Positions 8,564-18,324 of a DNA stretch of 64,000 nt are shown piece by piece. Source of the DNA: a virus (taxonomy: Duplodnaviria > Caudoviricetes); IMG/VR virus record IMGVR_UViG_3300014204_000127, positions 1 through 64,000 of that record; one strand, given 5' to 3'. Position numbers and translations under genes: made by a program. Numbering within the stretch: position 1 is the stretch's first letter; every line of letters begins with the position of its first letter. The notes under the pieces were generated by a model. The model had not been told where the DNA came from and did not search any database. It worked only from the letters and a program-made list of their open reading frames with translations.

Positions 8564-9613
8564 TCAGGCTAAGGCAGGAGGACTATAAACTCCCCTGTGT
8601 AACACGTTGATAGCTGCGTTGTAATCTGCATCCATCGTATTATTACATCTCGTACACTTGAAGTGCTCGCTGGAGCGAGATTCCTTGTCCACGTGACCAC
8701 ATAAACTGCATGTCTGTGAGGTGTAAGCCGGATTAACTTTTATAAAAGTAATCCCCATTATCTCGCAGACACGAGATAGTTTGTCCAAAACCTTTGGATA
8801 TGACCATCTCTGTAGTTTATTACTAAACTTCTTTGTAATCCTATGCTTCTTTCTGGTATCCTTTTTGACGTTCTTGAGATCCTCGGCTATCAGGACATTA
8901 ACGTCAGAGAGGTTTATACGATTAACGGTACGGTTGATAAGATTATCTCGTTCCGTCAACGACCTACTAAATGCCCTTGAACCCTGGCGTTTACGTGATA
9001 TCTTTTCGTAAACGGTCTCTAGGCCCTCGTCATATACTATACCAGAGGAATCAACTAACAGCTTCTTATAACCTATGTCGACACCCAGAGATTTACCCGT
9101 CAGCTTCTTCTCGGGCTCATGTTTATCAAAATAGAAGTCGATATAGTACTCATCATCTACCTTACGGAGTCTGGCAGATTGCTTTAACACCCATCCTGTA
9201 GTAGTCAGTTCATTGAAGTGCTTATGCTTACGTCCCGGTAATTTTAGAGATAACTTACGACCTAACGACGTTAGTCTGATCCACAAGTCAAATAGGCCTT
9301 CCCCGGGTTGAACGTCTATGAATCTACTATCCAAGTTTATGGTACGCTTGGAGAATACTGGCATAGTCCTTTTTAGTTTCTTCCTCTGGGACTTAACTAT
9401 TTCCAAGGCCTGCTTACCTAGGCATTGTTGCAGGCGGGCAGATAACCACGTATCGACCTTAAAGGCTACGAACTTACTGTTGAAATCCCTGGTGCTCCAG
9501 ATTTGGGCAATGAACTTATTTACTACAACTATAGCCTCGTCGAAGACCTCGGTCAACAGCGATAGTTTACCGCAGTTAGCATAGGATATTTTAATTGTTG
9601 ATTTCCTAATCAT
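8564..9613 (-). CDS. tnpB: IS607 TnpB RNA-guided endonuclease
   Basis: RuvC motifs GVDIG, AEDL, DADYNAAIN; Zn ribbon CSLC/CTRC. Confidence 0.92.
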   Translation of the reverse strand: MIRKSTIKISYANCGKLSLLTEVFDEAIVVVNKFIAQIWSTRDFNSKFVAFKVDTWLSARLQQCLGKQALEIVKSQRKKLKRTMPVFSKRTINLDSRFIDVQPGEGLFDLWIRLTSLGRKLSLKLPGRKHKHFNELTTTGWVLKQSARLRKVDDEYYIDFYFDKHEPEKKLTGKSLGVDIGYKKLLVDSSGIVYDEGLETVYEKISRKRQGSRAFSRSLTERDNLINRTVNRINLSDVNVLIAEDLKNVKKDTRKKHRITKKFSNKLQRWSYPKVLDKLSRVCEIMGITFIKVNPAYTSQTCSLCGHVDKESRSSEHFKCTRCNNTMDADYNAAINVLHRGVYSPPALA

Positions 9614-10160
9614 TCAATTGACTTATTAGTCTTTCTGTGTTTCTCTTCGTACGCCTCTGCCCGTATAGACGGGCACAGAAGCTAGTGACCAGGCTAACGA
9701 AATCCTGCATGAGATCATGTTTATCGTTGGCAGCTTCGTTTATAACCACAATCTCACCAGGATATAGCGTTTTTAGGTAGTTGAAGCCAAACCTTGTAAG
9801 CCTATCCCTGTGCTCAACGACTATCCGGGTTACACTCTTATCCATCAATAACTTCATCAACTTGGGGCGAGTGTCGTTGAGTCCACTTCCACACTCTTTT
9901 ATTACCTGACTTATTATCCACCCTTTGGCTGAGCAGAATTGACCTACCCTGGATGCTTGAGTCTCTAGATTGTCTCTGTTTTCGCTGGAACTTACTCTCG
10001 CGTACACCACGGTATACCCAGCTGCCACAGTTGCCTCGTCGTCTAATACAACTATAGTGCCGGTAGGTAGCCGCCTATGATGTAACTGACCAGACTTGAT
10101 CATCCTCAGGGCGGTAGTGTACGTTATTGAGTTACGTTTTGCATACTCACTTAGTTTCAT
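9606..10160 (-). CDS. tnpA: IS607 TnpA serine recombinase (MerR-like HTH + resolvase)
   Basis: MKLSEYAK HTH, YARVSS catalytic Ser, VEHRDRLTRFG, FCARLYG. Confidence 0.93.
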   Translation of the reverse strand: MKLSEYAKRNSITYTTALRMIKSGQLHHRRLPTGTIVVLDDEATVAAGYTVVYARVSSSENRDNLETQASRVGQFCSAKGWIISQVIKECGSGLNDTRPKLMKLLMDKSVTRIVVEHRDRLTRFGFNYLKTLYPGEIVVINEAANDKHDLMQDFVSLVTSFCARLYGQRRTKRNTERLISQLND

Positions 10161-10192
10161 GCTACTCATTCTATACCATATGATAGTATTTG

Positions 10193-10552
10193 TCAACACA
10201 ATTTAAATAAGTATATCATACATGTTACATCCTTTTTTGCAGCCGGCGAGAATGGCCAAGATGCCTTGGTACAATAGAATCTTGCTGCATTCCTGTATCT
10301 TATTCCAACTTCTGGATTGTTGGATATTAGATTATCTATTCTAGAACAGTATATGTCATCCCCTATGTAAAAATATTCTACACCTAGATGGAATAAAATA
10401 TGTCCTTCGCTCTTGTTCAAAAAGAAAGTGCCCTGATATTCAATGGGTTCCTCATTCTGTATTCTATCAAAATCTTCTTTAGATATGGGATATTGATTTA
10501 TAAAATCCTCATCATAACTATACTTTGACGGGGACTTCCTATTTACTTCCAT
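10193..10552 (-). CDS. hypothetical protein, truncated by IS607
   Basis: Its stop codon is supplied by the IS left end. Confidence 0.65.
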   Translation of the reverse strand: MEVNRKSPSKYSYDEDFINQYPISKEDFDRIQNEEPIEYQGTFFLNKSEGHILFHLGVEYFYIGDDIYCSRIDNLISNNPEVGIRYRNAARFYCTKASWPFSPAAKKDVTCMIYLFKLC

Positions 10553-10655
10553 ATTAACCCAATTATCTCTATCTTCCTCCGTATCAAAGACATATAAAGT
10601 AGTTATATCATCACAATAAACACACGAAGGTTTCTAGCAGCGTAGAACATGTTAC

Positions 10656-10910
10656 TTATATCCTATCCACTATGAAATAAAGCATATGTTGTGTTTTGCC
10701 ATTCTCTATTTCATCATAATAGTTTATGCCAATTGTCTTGTACTCTGTACCATGTTTCTGTACAAAGTCATTGATATTCTCTTTCCACATGCCCTTGCGT
10801 GGCATTATTTCCTCATTCTTAGCCCATACCAGCTTTAATATTGCTCTGGCGTTTATAAGCTTATTTAATATAGCAATGGCCTCTCTGTCTATTTGGGATT
10901 CAATAATCAT
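10656..10910 (-). CDS. hypothetical protein
   Basis: RBS and promoter upstream. Confidence 0.7.
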   Translation of the reverse strand: MIIESQIDREAIAILNKLINARAILKLVWAKNEEIMPRKGMWKENINDFVQKHGTEYKTIGINYYDEIENGKTQHMLYFIVDRI

Positions 10911-10991
10911 TTTATTTTTCCTTTATTCTTACCAGCATTCTATCATATTTACGCCATATTGCAAGAACAATTTTTAAATTATTTTAAATAT

Positions 10992-11170
10992 AAAAGAAGA
11001 AAGGGCACCATCATTTGACAACAAGTCTCTTGATGGTGTCCTGACCATTAGAGGTTTTACACCTCGCCAGCCTTCAGCGTATATCAGGCAGCTGGTCAAT
11101 GCGGGAATGACGTTTCTCAGGCGGATATACTTATCACCCTTACAGGATTTTGGTCTGTCACTTCTGATTG
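10992..11170 (-). ncRNA. candidate structured RNA with two junction domains, 7-bp kissing loop and terminator
   Basis: Stems TGACCA/TGGTCA, GAGGT/ACCTC, GGGTG/CGCCT; loops GTATATC and GATATAC complementary; terminal hairpin + U tract. Confidence 0.6.
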
Positions 11171-11201
11171 TATGTAAAAGTGGCATATATACCACTTAGT
11201 A

Positions 11202-11762
11202 TTAAAGACCCAGAGGATACTTTTCTTGAAATTTTGCTAAATTTGAAACTTCGGGTTGCTTACTAATATTTTTATAATTATTCATGCCATATGTGGATAA
11301 TGAAAATCTACCAAGCCCATCTTGAATAACCCATCCTCTTCGCATTAGCTCCCCTAGTGCTACATATGACAGAGGCTGTCCCGTGTCTTCTATGGAGTCA
11401 AGGGTCCAAAAAAGAAAACTGGGTGAATATCTGATTCCATGAAAAGGACATTCCCAGTGTTTCTCTGCTAAATCAGACATCGCTTTGCAGTTACAACCAG
11501 TTGGCATATAGTTCCCATGTGCTATTTCTACTATTCTAACATCCATGTCGGTATCATGGCAAGCAGAAATGAACTCTTCATAAGTTCCTTTGACTGCTTC
11601 TAAGTAGTAGTTACAATATTCCCGTTCAAGTGTTTTATCATCATCGGCAAATCCTGCCAATCGAGGATGTTTTTTGACAACATCCTGCCATGAATTTGCT
11701 TCTATGATATCCACGTCAAACGTATCAAAACCACCATGTACTGCTATTACAAATTTTTTCAT
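11202..11762 (-). CDS. hypothetical protein
   Basis: AGGAG RBS, promoter. Confidence 0.75.
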   Translation of the reverse strand: MKKFVIAVHGGFDTFDVDIIEANSWQDVVKKHPRLAGFADDDKTLEREYCNYYLEAVKGTYEEFISACHDTDMDVRIVEIAHGNYMPTGCNCKAMSDLAEKHWECPFHGIRYSPSFLFWTLDSIEDTGQPLSYVALGELMRRGWVIQDGLGRFSLSTYGMNNYKNISKQPEVSNLAKFQEKYPLGL

Positions 11763-11832
11763 TTCTAGTTTCTCCTAAGTTGTTACACAGAGTATATCAC
11801 AAAATTGGCAAGATTCAAGACAAATTTGAAAT

Positions 11833-13092
11833 TTAATTTGCCTCTTCCATATCTACCTCGCCCTTGTCAAGTAGCTTGGTTTCACGTTCATAAAAGGCAT
11901 TGGCTTTTACCTTATATGCTTCCAAATCAAGGCACATCTTTCGTACAACGTAGCCCTCGAATGGTACTTTATTTACGCAAAATGGGCAATCCTTTTCCAT
12001 ATATGGCATGTTCTTGACATATTCCAGTATATTCATGTTGTCTGTTATGATAAGATATTCTGCTTTTTCAAAAACTGTTTCAAGCCCAACTGATTTACAC
12101 CAGTCAGTAACATGCTGTGGATTTAATTCAAAAACAATACCATCCTCGTTGGTAACAGTAATTCGATATACCAAAAATTTATTTGTACCGGGTTCGCAAC
12201 CATAGTCATAGTCTTTTTGAATAAACTTGTTTCCAGATTCTTCGCCCACATATCCAACTATTTCACCATATAATGTCATTCCCTTTGAAATAAGGTCTTT
12301 GATTTTTATCCAAGTATCATACCACACGTCATGTTTGTAAAATCCTTCGGAAATAGATATTATGTCGTTTTTAACAACACGCCTTGTCGAATACAGGTCT
12401 GAATATTCAGTTGTTTTAACATTCATTCCAAAGAACTTTGCAATACGTTCAACTATTCCTAATTTCTTTTGGCATAATACGTTAGAGAAAATTGCACTAG
12501 TTCCATGATATTTTGGAGTAATACAAACAACATCACCTGTTTTAAAATTATGAACATTGTTATAAAGTTGGCAGGTATCCTTATGAAATCTGAATTGATT
12601 TTCAATAAGTCTGCTTTTTTCTTTCTTACTCTTCTTGTTATTAGGCTGTCCGGGTGTTCTCTGAACAACTACATACTTGCAGCAAATCGGTATTTCATTA
12701 AGGCCATCAAAACAATCACCCAATTCCAGCTTATGTGCGTCAATGCCAGTAAATTCAACAGAGGAAAGGGGCATGAAAAGACCTTCGCTGACGTTATTTC
12801 TGAACTTTACGCAACGAATTCTGCCATTTTCCTCAAAATATCCCTTTTTAGTGATATCTTTGTTAAGATTTTCATGCCTGTACAGGTTGTTATTGTGCAG
12901 GAATTCCTTGGAAAGCTGTGTTTCCAATGGAAAGAACAGTCCAATATCCCCAACCTTTGTATCTTTTGATACAATTACTCGATTGCCTGATATAATTGCA
13001 TGTACAACATTGTCACAATTAGGCAGATTTACAATACTGTCTATTTTGACAACTCTTGCCGCATAGTTTTCATTATTTACTTTGTGTTTCAT
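11833..13092 (-). CDS. ATP-dependent RNA ligase (DRB0094/Rnl5-like, N-terminal OB domain)
   Basis: Motif I PKYHGTS, YGEIVG, FEGYVVR, YKVK; N-terminal region typical of the family. Confidence 0.8.
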   Translation of the reverse strand: MKHKVNNENYAARVVKIDSIVNLPNCDNVVHAIISGNRVIVSKDTKVGDIGLFFPLETQLSKEFLHNNNLYRHENLNKDITKKGYFEENGRIRCVKFRNNVSEGLFMPLSSVEFTGIDAHKLELGDCFDGLNEIPICCKYVVVQRTPGQPNNKKSKKEKSRLIENQFRFHKDTCQLYNNVHNFKTGDVVCITPKYHGTSAIFSNVLCQKKLGIVERIAKFFGMNVKTTEYSDLYSTRRVVKNDIISISEGFYKHDVWYDTWIKIKDLISKGMTLYGEIVGYVGEESGNKFIQKDYDYGCEPGTNKFLVYRITVTNEDGIVFELNPQHVTDWCKSVGLETVFEKAEYLIITDNMNILEYVKNMPYMEKDCPFCVNKVPFEGYVVRKMCLDLEAYKVKANAFYERETKLLDKGEVDMEEAN

Positions 13093-13134
13093 AAGTATAA
13101 TCCTACCATAAAAGTTTGTAAAGTCAAGTATGTT

Positions 13135-13518
13135 TTACTTAGTTCTTTCAAGAAATTCCATAATTTCCTTGTGTCTATCTCTTGCTGCCTGACGTGTGGG
13201 CTTGACAAGACCTCTTTTAAGTTGTTTTTTGTTTTCTTTATCATTCTGCCATGTAATAGCATAGTGTTGATTACTGTATAATGCCACATACCAAACTTTA
13301 TCCCCTATTTTTGGGGAAAAGTTGCTTGTTTTTGTAGAAACATGTTCAATATCTGTCTTATCAACATACCAGGTGCTGCCATCTTTGATGCGGACGTTAG
13401 CACCTGTTTCGGTTCTACCTACTATTACACCTATTTCCCCCACAATATATAGTGGGGCGCATTTGGTAACAAACTTATTTCTGCTCACTATTTTAACCGA
13501 TTCGCCTATTTTAAACAT
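13135..13518 (-). CDS. hypothetical protein (SH3-like N-terminus, PKIGDKVW module)
   Basis: Shares module with 24842 and 25383 ORFs. Confidence 0.75.
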   Translation of the reverse strand: MFKIGESVKIVSRNKFVTKCAPLYIVGEIGVIVGRTETGANVRIKDGSTWYVDKTDIEHVSTKTSNFSPKIGDKVWYVALYSNQHYAITWQNDKENKKQLKRGLVKPTRQAARDRHKEIMEFLERTK

Positions 13519-13764
13519 TTTTGTTTTCCTTAATTTTTATCAAATTTCTATTACATTACAGCATCAGTATACAACACATTTTACAACAAATCAAGATAAA
13601 AATAAAAATTTTTATTTTTTTAATCTTTTTTGTTTTGGGATGTATATAATATGTTAGGCGGGCATATATTCTTCGCCTATTGATATAAAAACTATATAAA
13701 AAATCAAAAGTTTAAGTAGATAAAATATATAAATAATGATACAGTTAATATAGGAAGTGATAGA

Positions 13765-14886
13765 ATGCAAATAAACAAAGCTTATAAATACAGAATATAT
13801 CCTAATAAGGAACAAGAAATTCAAATAGATAAAACCTTTGGTTGTTGTAGGTTTGTATACAACTATTACCTTGATAAGAAGATTAAATCATATGAGGAAA
13901 CAAAAAACTCATTATCTAAAATTGAATGCAATAACGACTGTAATAGGGATTTAAAATTATCTAAGGCATGGCTAAAGGAAGTTGATAAGTTTTCATTGAC
14001 TAACTCTATTTATCATTTAGATGCCGCATACCAAAAGTTTTTCAGAGAACATGCTGGATTTCCTAAGTTTAAAAGCAAACATGACAATTATCAGTCATAT
14101 ACAACAACATGTAATTACAATCCAGATGGAACACCACAGAATATTAAAGTTCTTACAAAGAACATACAAATACCCAAACTAGGAAAAGTAAGAGCTAAAA
14201 TATCAAAGCAAACTGTGGGTAAAATCAAATCTGCTACAGTAAGTAGAAATCCATCAGGCAAGTATTTCGCGTCAATACTCGTAGAAACTGAAGCTGAAGC
14301 ACTCCCTGAGAGTAACAACCAGATAGGGCTAGATTTAGGACTTAAAACTTACTATAAAGATACGAATAGACAAGAAGTGGATAGTCCTAAATTTTACCGT
14401 AAGGCGGAAAAGAAGCTTGCTAAATTGCAAAAGAGACTGGCAAAGAAAACTAAAGGGAGTAATAACAGGAATAAAGCCAGGGTTAAAGTGGCAAAATTGC
14501 ATGAAAAAACAAGCAACCAGAGAAAAGATTTTTTGCATAAACTTACAACAACACTTATAAACGAAAATCAAGTTATAATTGTTGAAACCCTAAAGGTAAA
14601 TAATATGGTAAGAAACCACAAACTGGCAAAATCTATTTTAGATGCCTCTTGGGGGGAATTTGTTAGACAATTGGAGTATAAAGCTAAATGGTATGGAAGG
14701 ACATTAATTAAGGTTGCTGCTTTTTATGCCAGTAGTCAGATATGTTCGGAATGTGGGTACCAGAATCCAGAGGTTAAGAATTTAGCAGTAAGGGAATGGA
14801 AATGCCCATCATGCTTAACGGTTCATGAAAGGGACTTAAATGCTAGTATAAATATATTACAAGAAGGATTAAAGCAGATAGCTTGA
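13765..14886 (+). CDS. tnpB: IS200/IS605-family TnpB (solo, no tnpA)
   Basis: [31 protein letters not shown], Zn ribbon. Confidence 0.95.
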   Translation: MQINKAYKYRIYPNKEQEIQIDKTFGCCRFVYNYYLDKKIKSYEETKNSLSKIECNNDCNRDLKLSKAWLKEVDKFSLTNSIYHLDAAYQKFFREHAGFPKFKSKHDNYQSYTTTCNYNPDGTPQNIKVLTKNIQIPKLGKVRAKISKQTVGKIKSATVSRNPSGKYFASILVETEAEALPESNNQIGLDLGLKTYYKDTNRQEVDSPKFYRKAEKKLAKLQKRLAKKTKGSNNRNKARVKVAKLHEKTSNQRKDFLHKLTTTLINENQVIIVETLKVNNMVRNHKLAKSILDASWGEFVRQLEYKAKWYGRTLIKVAAFYASSQICSECGYQNPEVKNLAVREWKCPSCLTVHERDLNASINILQEGLKQIA

Positions 14887-15013
14887 TTATAAAGTTATAC
14901 CGGGGGATGCCCGGGAATTAAAGCCTGTGGAGATTGAGCAACAGCAGGTCGGAGAAACAGGAATCCTCGTGTGCTTGCACCGAGGTACATCAAGATACTA
15001 TAAAATGGCACGG
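14887..15013 (+). ncRNA. TnpB omegaRNA scaffold, right end TCAA (14990-14993) and putative guide
   Basis: Hairpins CCGGG/CCCGG and CCTCG-GTGC/GCAC-CGAGG, GCCTGTGGAG...CAGGAATC, then TCAA typical of IS200/IS605 right ends. Confidence 0.7.
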
Positions 15014-15231
15014 AGATGCGGTGTAGATATGGGTGTAATCTAATCAAACAATAGGAATATTTAAACCCTTTTTAAGCTATATCTTTCTTATTCCTACCGC
15101 CCCCTAAAAGCGATTTAAATCCCGCCTAAAACGATTATCTGTATGCGCCTTTGGTTTGCCCCGTTTTTACTATCTAAATCAATCCTGGGGCAAATATGGA
15201 AGAAATATGGGGCATACGCCTTTTATTAAAT

Positions 15232-15395
15232 AGAGAAACCCCACACAGTATTCTGGACAATCCTATGTGGGGTCATAAATGAAATGGTTCTCTATCTTGT
15301 AACATCCTGTTCTATCCATCAGAATGCCGTTCACCGCCACAGACACAGAAAGAAGACGGTTTGCTGTTGTCTGAAAGGAACCAACAGCTTGCTTG
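15232..15395 (-). ncRNA. candidate structured RNA A (loop-loop CAGACA/TGTCTG, terminator-like end)
   Basis: Hairpins GCTGTTG/CAACAGC, ACCGTC/GGCGGT, ACCCCACA/TGTGGGGT; motifs shared with 26062-26232. Confidence 0.45.
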
Positions 15396-15484
15396 TAAAC
15401 AATCTATCGAATACTTTTAAATTCAGTTTTGTTTTGTCTATACAATCTTTGGCATTTTCACCCTATTTTACATGGTTTTTAAAC

Positions 15485-16036
15485 TCACCAGATACCATTT
15501 TCGTATATTTCATCATATGGGGCAACAAAACCATTTCTGCCATCAATGCCTTTTCCAAGAACTTTCATTTTTTCTTCATATTCTTTAAAAATTTGTTCAA
15601 ATTGTGCTTTTTCTCTCTCGTACTCCTGTACTTTTGTCCAAATTTCGTCAAAATCGAGATAATTTGGCTTATACCCAATACAAGCAACTTCAGGAAAGTC
15701 CATTATAAAAACAGACCAGTCTTTTTGTACAGCTACAAGAAATAGTTTATCATATTCAAACAAACCCCTTGATATGGTAAACCACAGTTCAGTTTTTAAT
15801 GTGCTTCTTTTAAAAGATACACCCATAGTCAGATGCAGATGTTCCTTGCATAGTTTTTTCCATAGATTTTTAAACTGTGTTTCAAGTTCTGGAATAAATC
15901 CACCATCCTCATTGCTACGAATGGTTTTGCCTGTATAGGGCAAAAGAATCGCATGTATTGCTGGAAGTGCTTGTTCTGTAAGACTTTCTATCAGATTATG
16001 CTGTTCTATTTTATTTTTTACGTCTTCTTCGGTCAT
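15485..16036 (-). CDS. hypothetical protein
   Basis: AAGGA RBS before MTEED. Confidence 0.75.
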   Translation of the reverse strand: MTEEDVKNKIEQHNLIESLTEQALPAIHAILLPYTGKTIRSNEDGGFIPELETQFKNLWKKLCKEHLHLTMGVSFKRSTLKTELWFTISRGLFEYDKLFLVAVQKDWSVFIMDFPEVACIGYKPNYLDFDEIWTKVQEYEREKAQFEQIFKEYEEKMKVLGKGIDGRNGFVAPYDEIYENGIW

Positions 16037-16244
16037 GGTTTTATTTCCTTTTAACACCCATATATCTTTTCTTGAATTTTGCTAATAAGAGGTTCTAGTT
16101 CTTTTTTGTGCGTTCGCTCATCATTTCATCAGTTTTAGAACAATGGGAATAGGCAAGGGCTTTATACACCAGCGTTAATTCTTTTTCTGTTACGTGCAGA
16201 CAAAATGTGGATTTTTCTGTTACTTTCATATTCTTTGCCTCTTT

Positions 16245-16499
16245 TTACTTAATTTTTGCAATATCGTTCAATAAATCTTCAACAGCCTTTTTAATATCAT
16301 TCCATTCTTCAGGATTTATACGAATGGACTGTGAACCTTCGTCAGGACATTGGGAGATTTCAATAAACTCCCCCGCCCCTTCGTCTTCTATTTTAACAAC
16401 TGTTGCACTTTCATCGAATACAGGTTTATCAGATGGGTGTACTACATAACTTAGAACACGAGTCTTGATATTATTTTTAGAAAGTCCTGAGGCATTCAT
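16245..16499 (-). CDS. hypothetical phage protein (IEDEGAGEF family)
   Basis: GGAG RBS; recurrent phage motif. Confidence 0.75.
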   Translation of the reverse strand: MNASGLSKNNIKTRVLSYVVHPSDKPVFDESATVVKIEDEGAGEFIEISQCPDEGSQSIRINPEEWNDIKKAVEDLLNDIAKIK

Positions 16500-16659
16500 T
16501 TTGGTTTCTCCGGTTTGTACGAATATGGGAAAGGTTCCGTATCCCAATTCTGTAATAAGGATTTGTTACTGTGGGACCTTATAGTCATTATTGCAATGAA
16601 TGTCAAGATAAATCCTATTAGTATTCCCATTATTATGTCACCAGTTCTTGTCATAGTTT

Positions 16660-16866
16660 TTATAACTCCTTATTGCAAAGGTATTTAAATACAAAAAGCA
16701 ATTCTTTTGCTTTACTTGTTTTATTATTAACATATTCGGGGGTATACCATGAATGTACACCCAATTTGCGAAACGTCTTTCTTATTTGGCGTGCTTCTTG
16801 TACTACAGGGTGTTTTTTCACAAAGTATTTAACATTGTTATTCATAATAATCAGTTTACCATACAT
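16660..16866 (-). CDS. hypothetical protein
   Basis: ORF track. Confidence 0.55.
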   Translation of the reverse strand: MYGKLIIMNNNVKYFVKKHPVVQEARQIRKTFRKLGVHSWYTPEYVNNKTSKAKELLFVFKYLCNKEL

Positions 16867-16912
16867 TCATTAAAAGTCAATATTCATTTTTAAATATTAG
16901 TGGGTATCTTCC

Positions 16913-17440
16913 CTACTTCCAACCATACTTTTTTTGAAGTTCCTTAAATAAGGCTAAATCCTTTTTTTCATTATCTGCTTTTTGTTTCTCTATTGCTGCG
17001 AAATGTGCCATTTCTCGGTCTTTTGCCCTAGTATATTTGGTGTCCCTCCAGCTTTTTCTTTCTTTTTTGTCTAGCGTGAGATAAGATAGCGGCAACCACC
17101 ATGTTTGTACATTAGTAAGAGATGTGACAGGTTCGCTATAATCTTCGTCACAGCTATACCCCCTTTTATCATTACTATCCTCTATATTTGCCATTTCAAT
17201 GTAGTAACCATCCTCCCATTTAACTATTTGTGGTATACTGTGAGGTATTCCCCCACAACTTTGCATACAATTAAAGCCATTTATATTTGTATAGTCTCCA
17301 ACATCCACAATACCAAAAGGCTTCAGTTGACGAAGAGTTTCCATTTCATGTGCGGCATCTACTGCCCGTTCCATAAAATGTGCCAACAGGTATATTGCAT
17401 CTACAATGTCTTTTTCAGTTATATTCTTTTTCATTTTCAT
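16913..17440 (-). CDS. hypothetical protein
   Basis: RBS and promoter. Confidence 0.75.
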   Translation of the reverse strand: MKMKKNITEKDIVDAIYLLAHFMERAVDAAHEMETLRQLKPFGIVDVGDYTNINGFNCMQSCGGIPHSIPQIVKWEDGYYIEMANIEDSNDKRGYSCDEDYSEPVTSLTNVQTWWLPLSYLTLDKKERKSWRDTKYTRAKDREMAHFAAIEKQKADNEKKDLALFKELQKKYGWK

Positions 17441-17504
17441 TATCCTTTTTATTTATATACACTCTACCATAAATTAATCAAAAGTCAATATTCATTTTTA
17501 AATA

Positions 17505-18278
17505 TTATTGAATAATGCCCATTTCTTTCATTTTAGTATGTAGATTCTCCATATTGCATATGTATTTGGCATAATCTACACCACCACCATAATAGTCGCC
17601 TCCGCCATACTCTTCAATACGCACACAAGCATCAAAAAGTTTTCTGTACTGGAGAAATGTTATGTTTGGGGAAATCTCCTCCAGGTATTCATCAAATTCA
17701 ATAAAATTAACAGGGCTTTCACCAGAAACAGAAGATAATTCGGAATCCCAACAACTTCCAACGGTTCCTCCAAGGCACCAACTTTCACTTTCTATTGTTC
17801 CTATAGACGTCTTTATGGTTTTGGGGGGCATCTTTTGTATTTCTGGGGGAGTATTATAATCAGAATTATATATCTCCTGTTCAATTATAGTAATAGTCAT
17901 GTGCGTTTCTTTGTCTAGCATCTCCATATTTGGATATTCCAAGTCATTGTATTTTATTGAGGCTTCGGCTTTTATATTTCTCCCCCTCAAGGTATCGTTT
18001 TTTAAACATCTTGCTTTATCTGGTTTAAAATAGAGTATAAACAAATTTCCATAAATTCTTCTTATTTTATGAAGAAAGGTTATGATGTCCGTTGTATTTA
18101 AAAAAAGTCCATCGAAAATAACATTTTTCCCTTCCCCCTCCTTTTTTCGTAAAGTGTCAGCATTTTTTATTGTATCAAGTTCAATATGTACAAGATTTTC
18201 ATTGTGTATTTCGACAAGATTTTTAGATATTGTTGTTTTACCGCTGCCTGGAAGTCCCATTGTAATATATGTATTCAT
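17505..18278 (-). CDS. AAA_33/polynucleotide-kinase-like P-loop protein with C-terminal unknown domain
   Basis: ITMGLPGSGKTT Walker A, VIFDG. Confidence 0.75.
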   Translation of the reverse strand: MNTYITMGLPGSGKTTISKNLVEIHNENLVHIELDTIKNADTLRKKEGEGKNVIFDGLFLNTTDIITFLHKIRRIYGNLFILYFKPDKARCLKNDTLRGRNIKAEASIKYNDLEYPNMEMLDKETHMTITIIEQEIYNSDYNTPPEIQKMPPKTIKTSIGTIESESWCLGGTVGSCWDSELSSVSGESPVNFIEFDEYLEEISPNITFLQYRKLFDACVRIEEYGGGDYYGGGVDYAKYICNMENLHTKMKEMGIIQ

Positions 18279-18324
18279 AGTTTGTTTCCTTTCATATTAA
18301 GAATACCATGCTTTTATTTAAAAG

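Larger units (their letters stand above)
8551..10198 (-). mobile_element. IS607-family element (tnpA serine recombinase + tnpB)
   Basis: Gene pair, visibly higher GC, TG dinucleotide at both inferred ends. Confidence 0.85.

Noticed and set aside
8551-10198. IStron (group I intron fused to IS607)
   Set aside because: Only ~36 nt lie between the left end and tnpA, leaving no room for a group I ribozyme
10974-11195. 73-aa ORF
   Set aside because: GTG start inside a hairpin; the region is better explained as structured RNA plus terminator
13765-14886. Nuclease-dead TnpB (TldR) or Cas12f
   Set aside because: All three RuvC acidic residues are present in both TnpBs and there is no CRISPR array
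13654-15129. TTAGGCGGG / CCCGCCTAA as terminal inverted repeats around tnpB
   Set aside because: Only 9 bp, no target duplication, and IS200/IS605 elements lack TIRs; the right end is better placed at TCAA 14993
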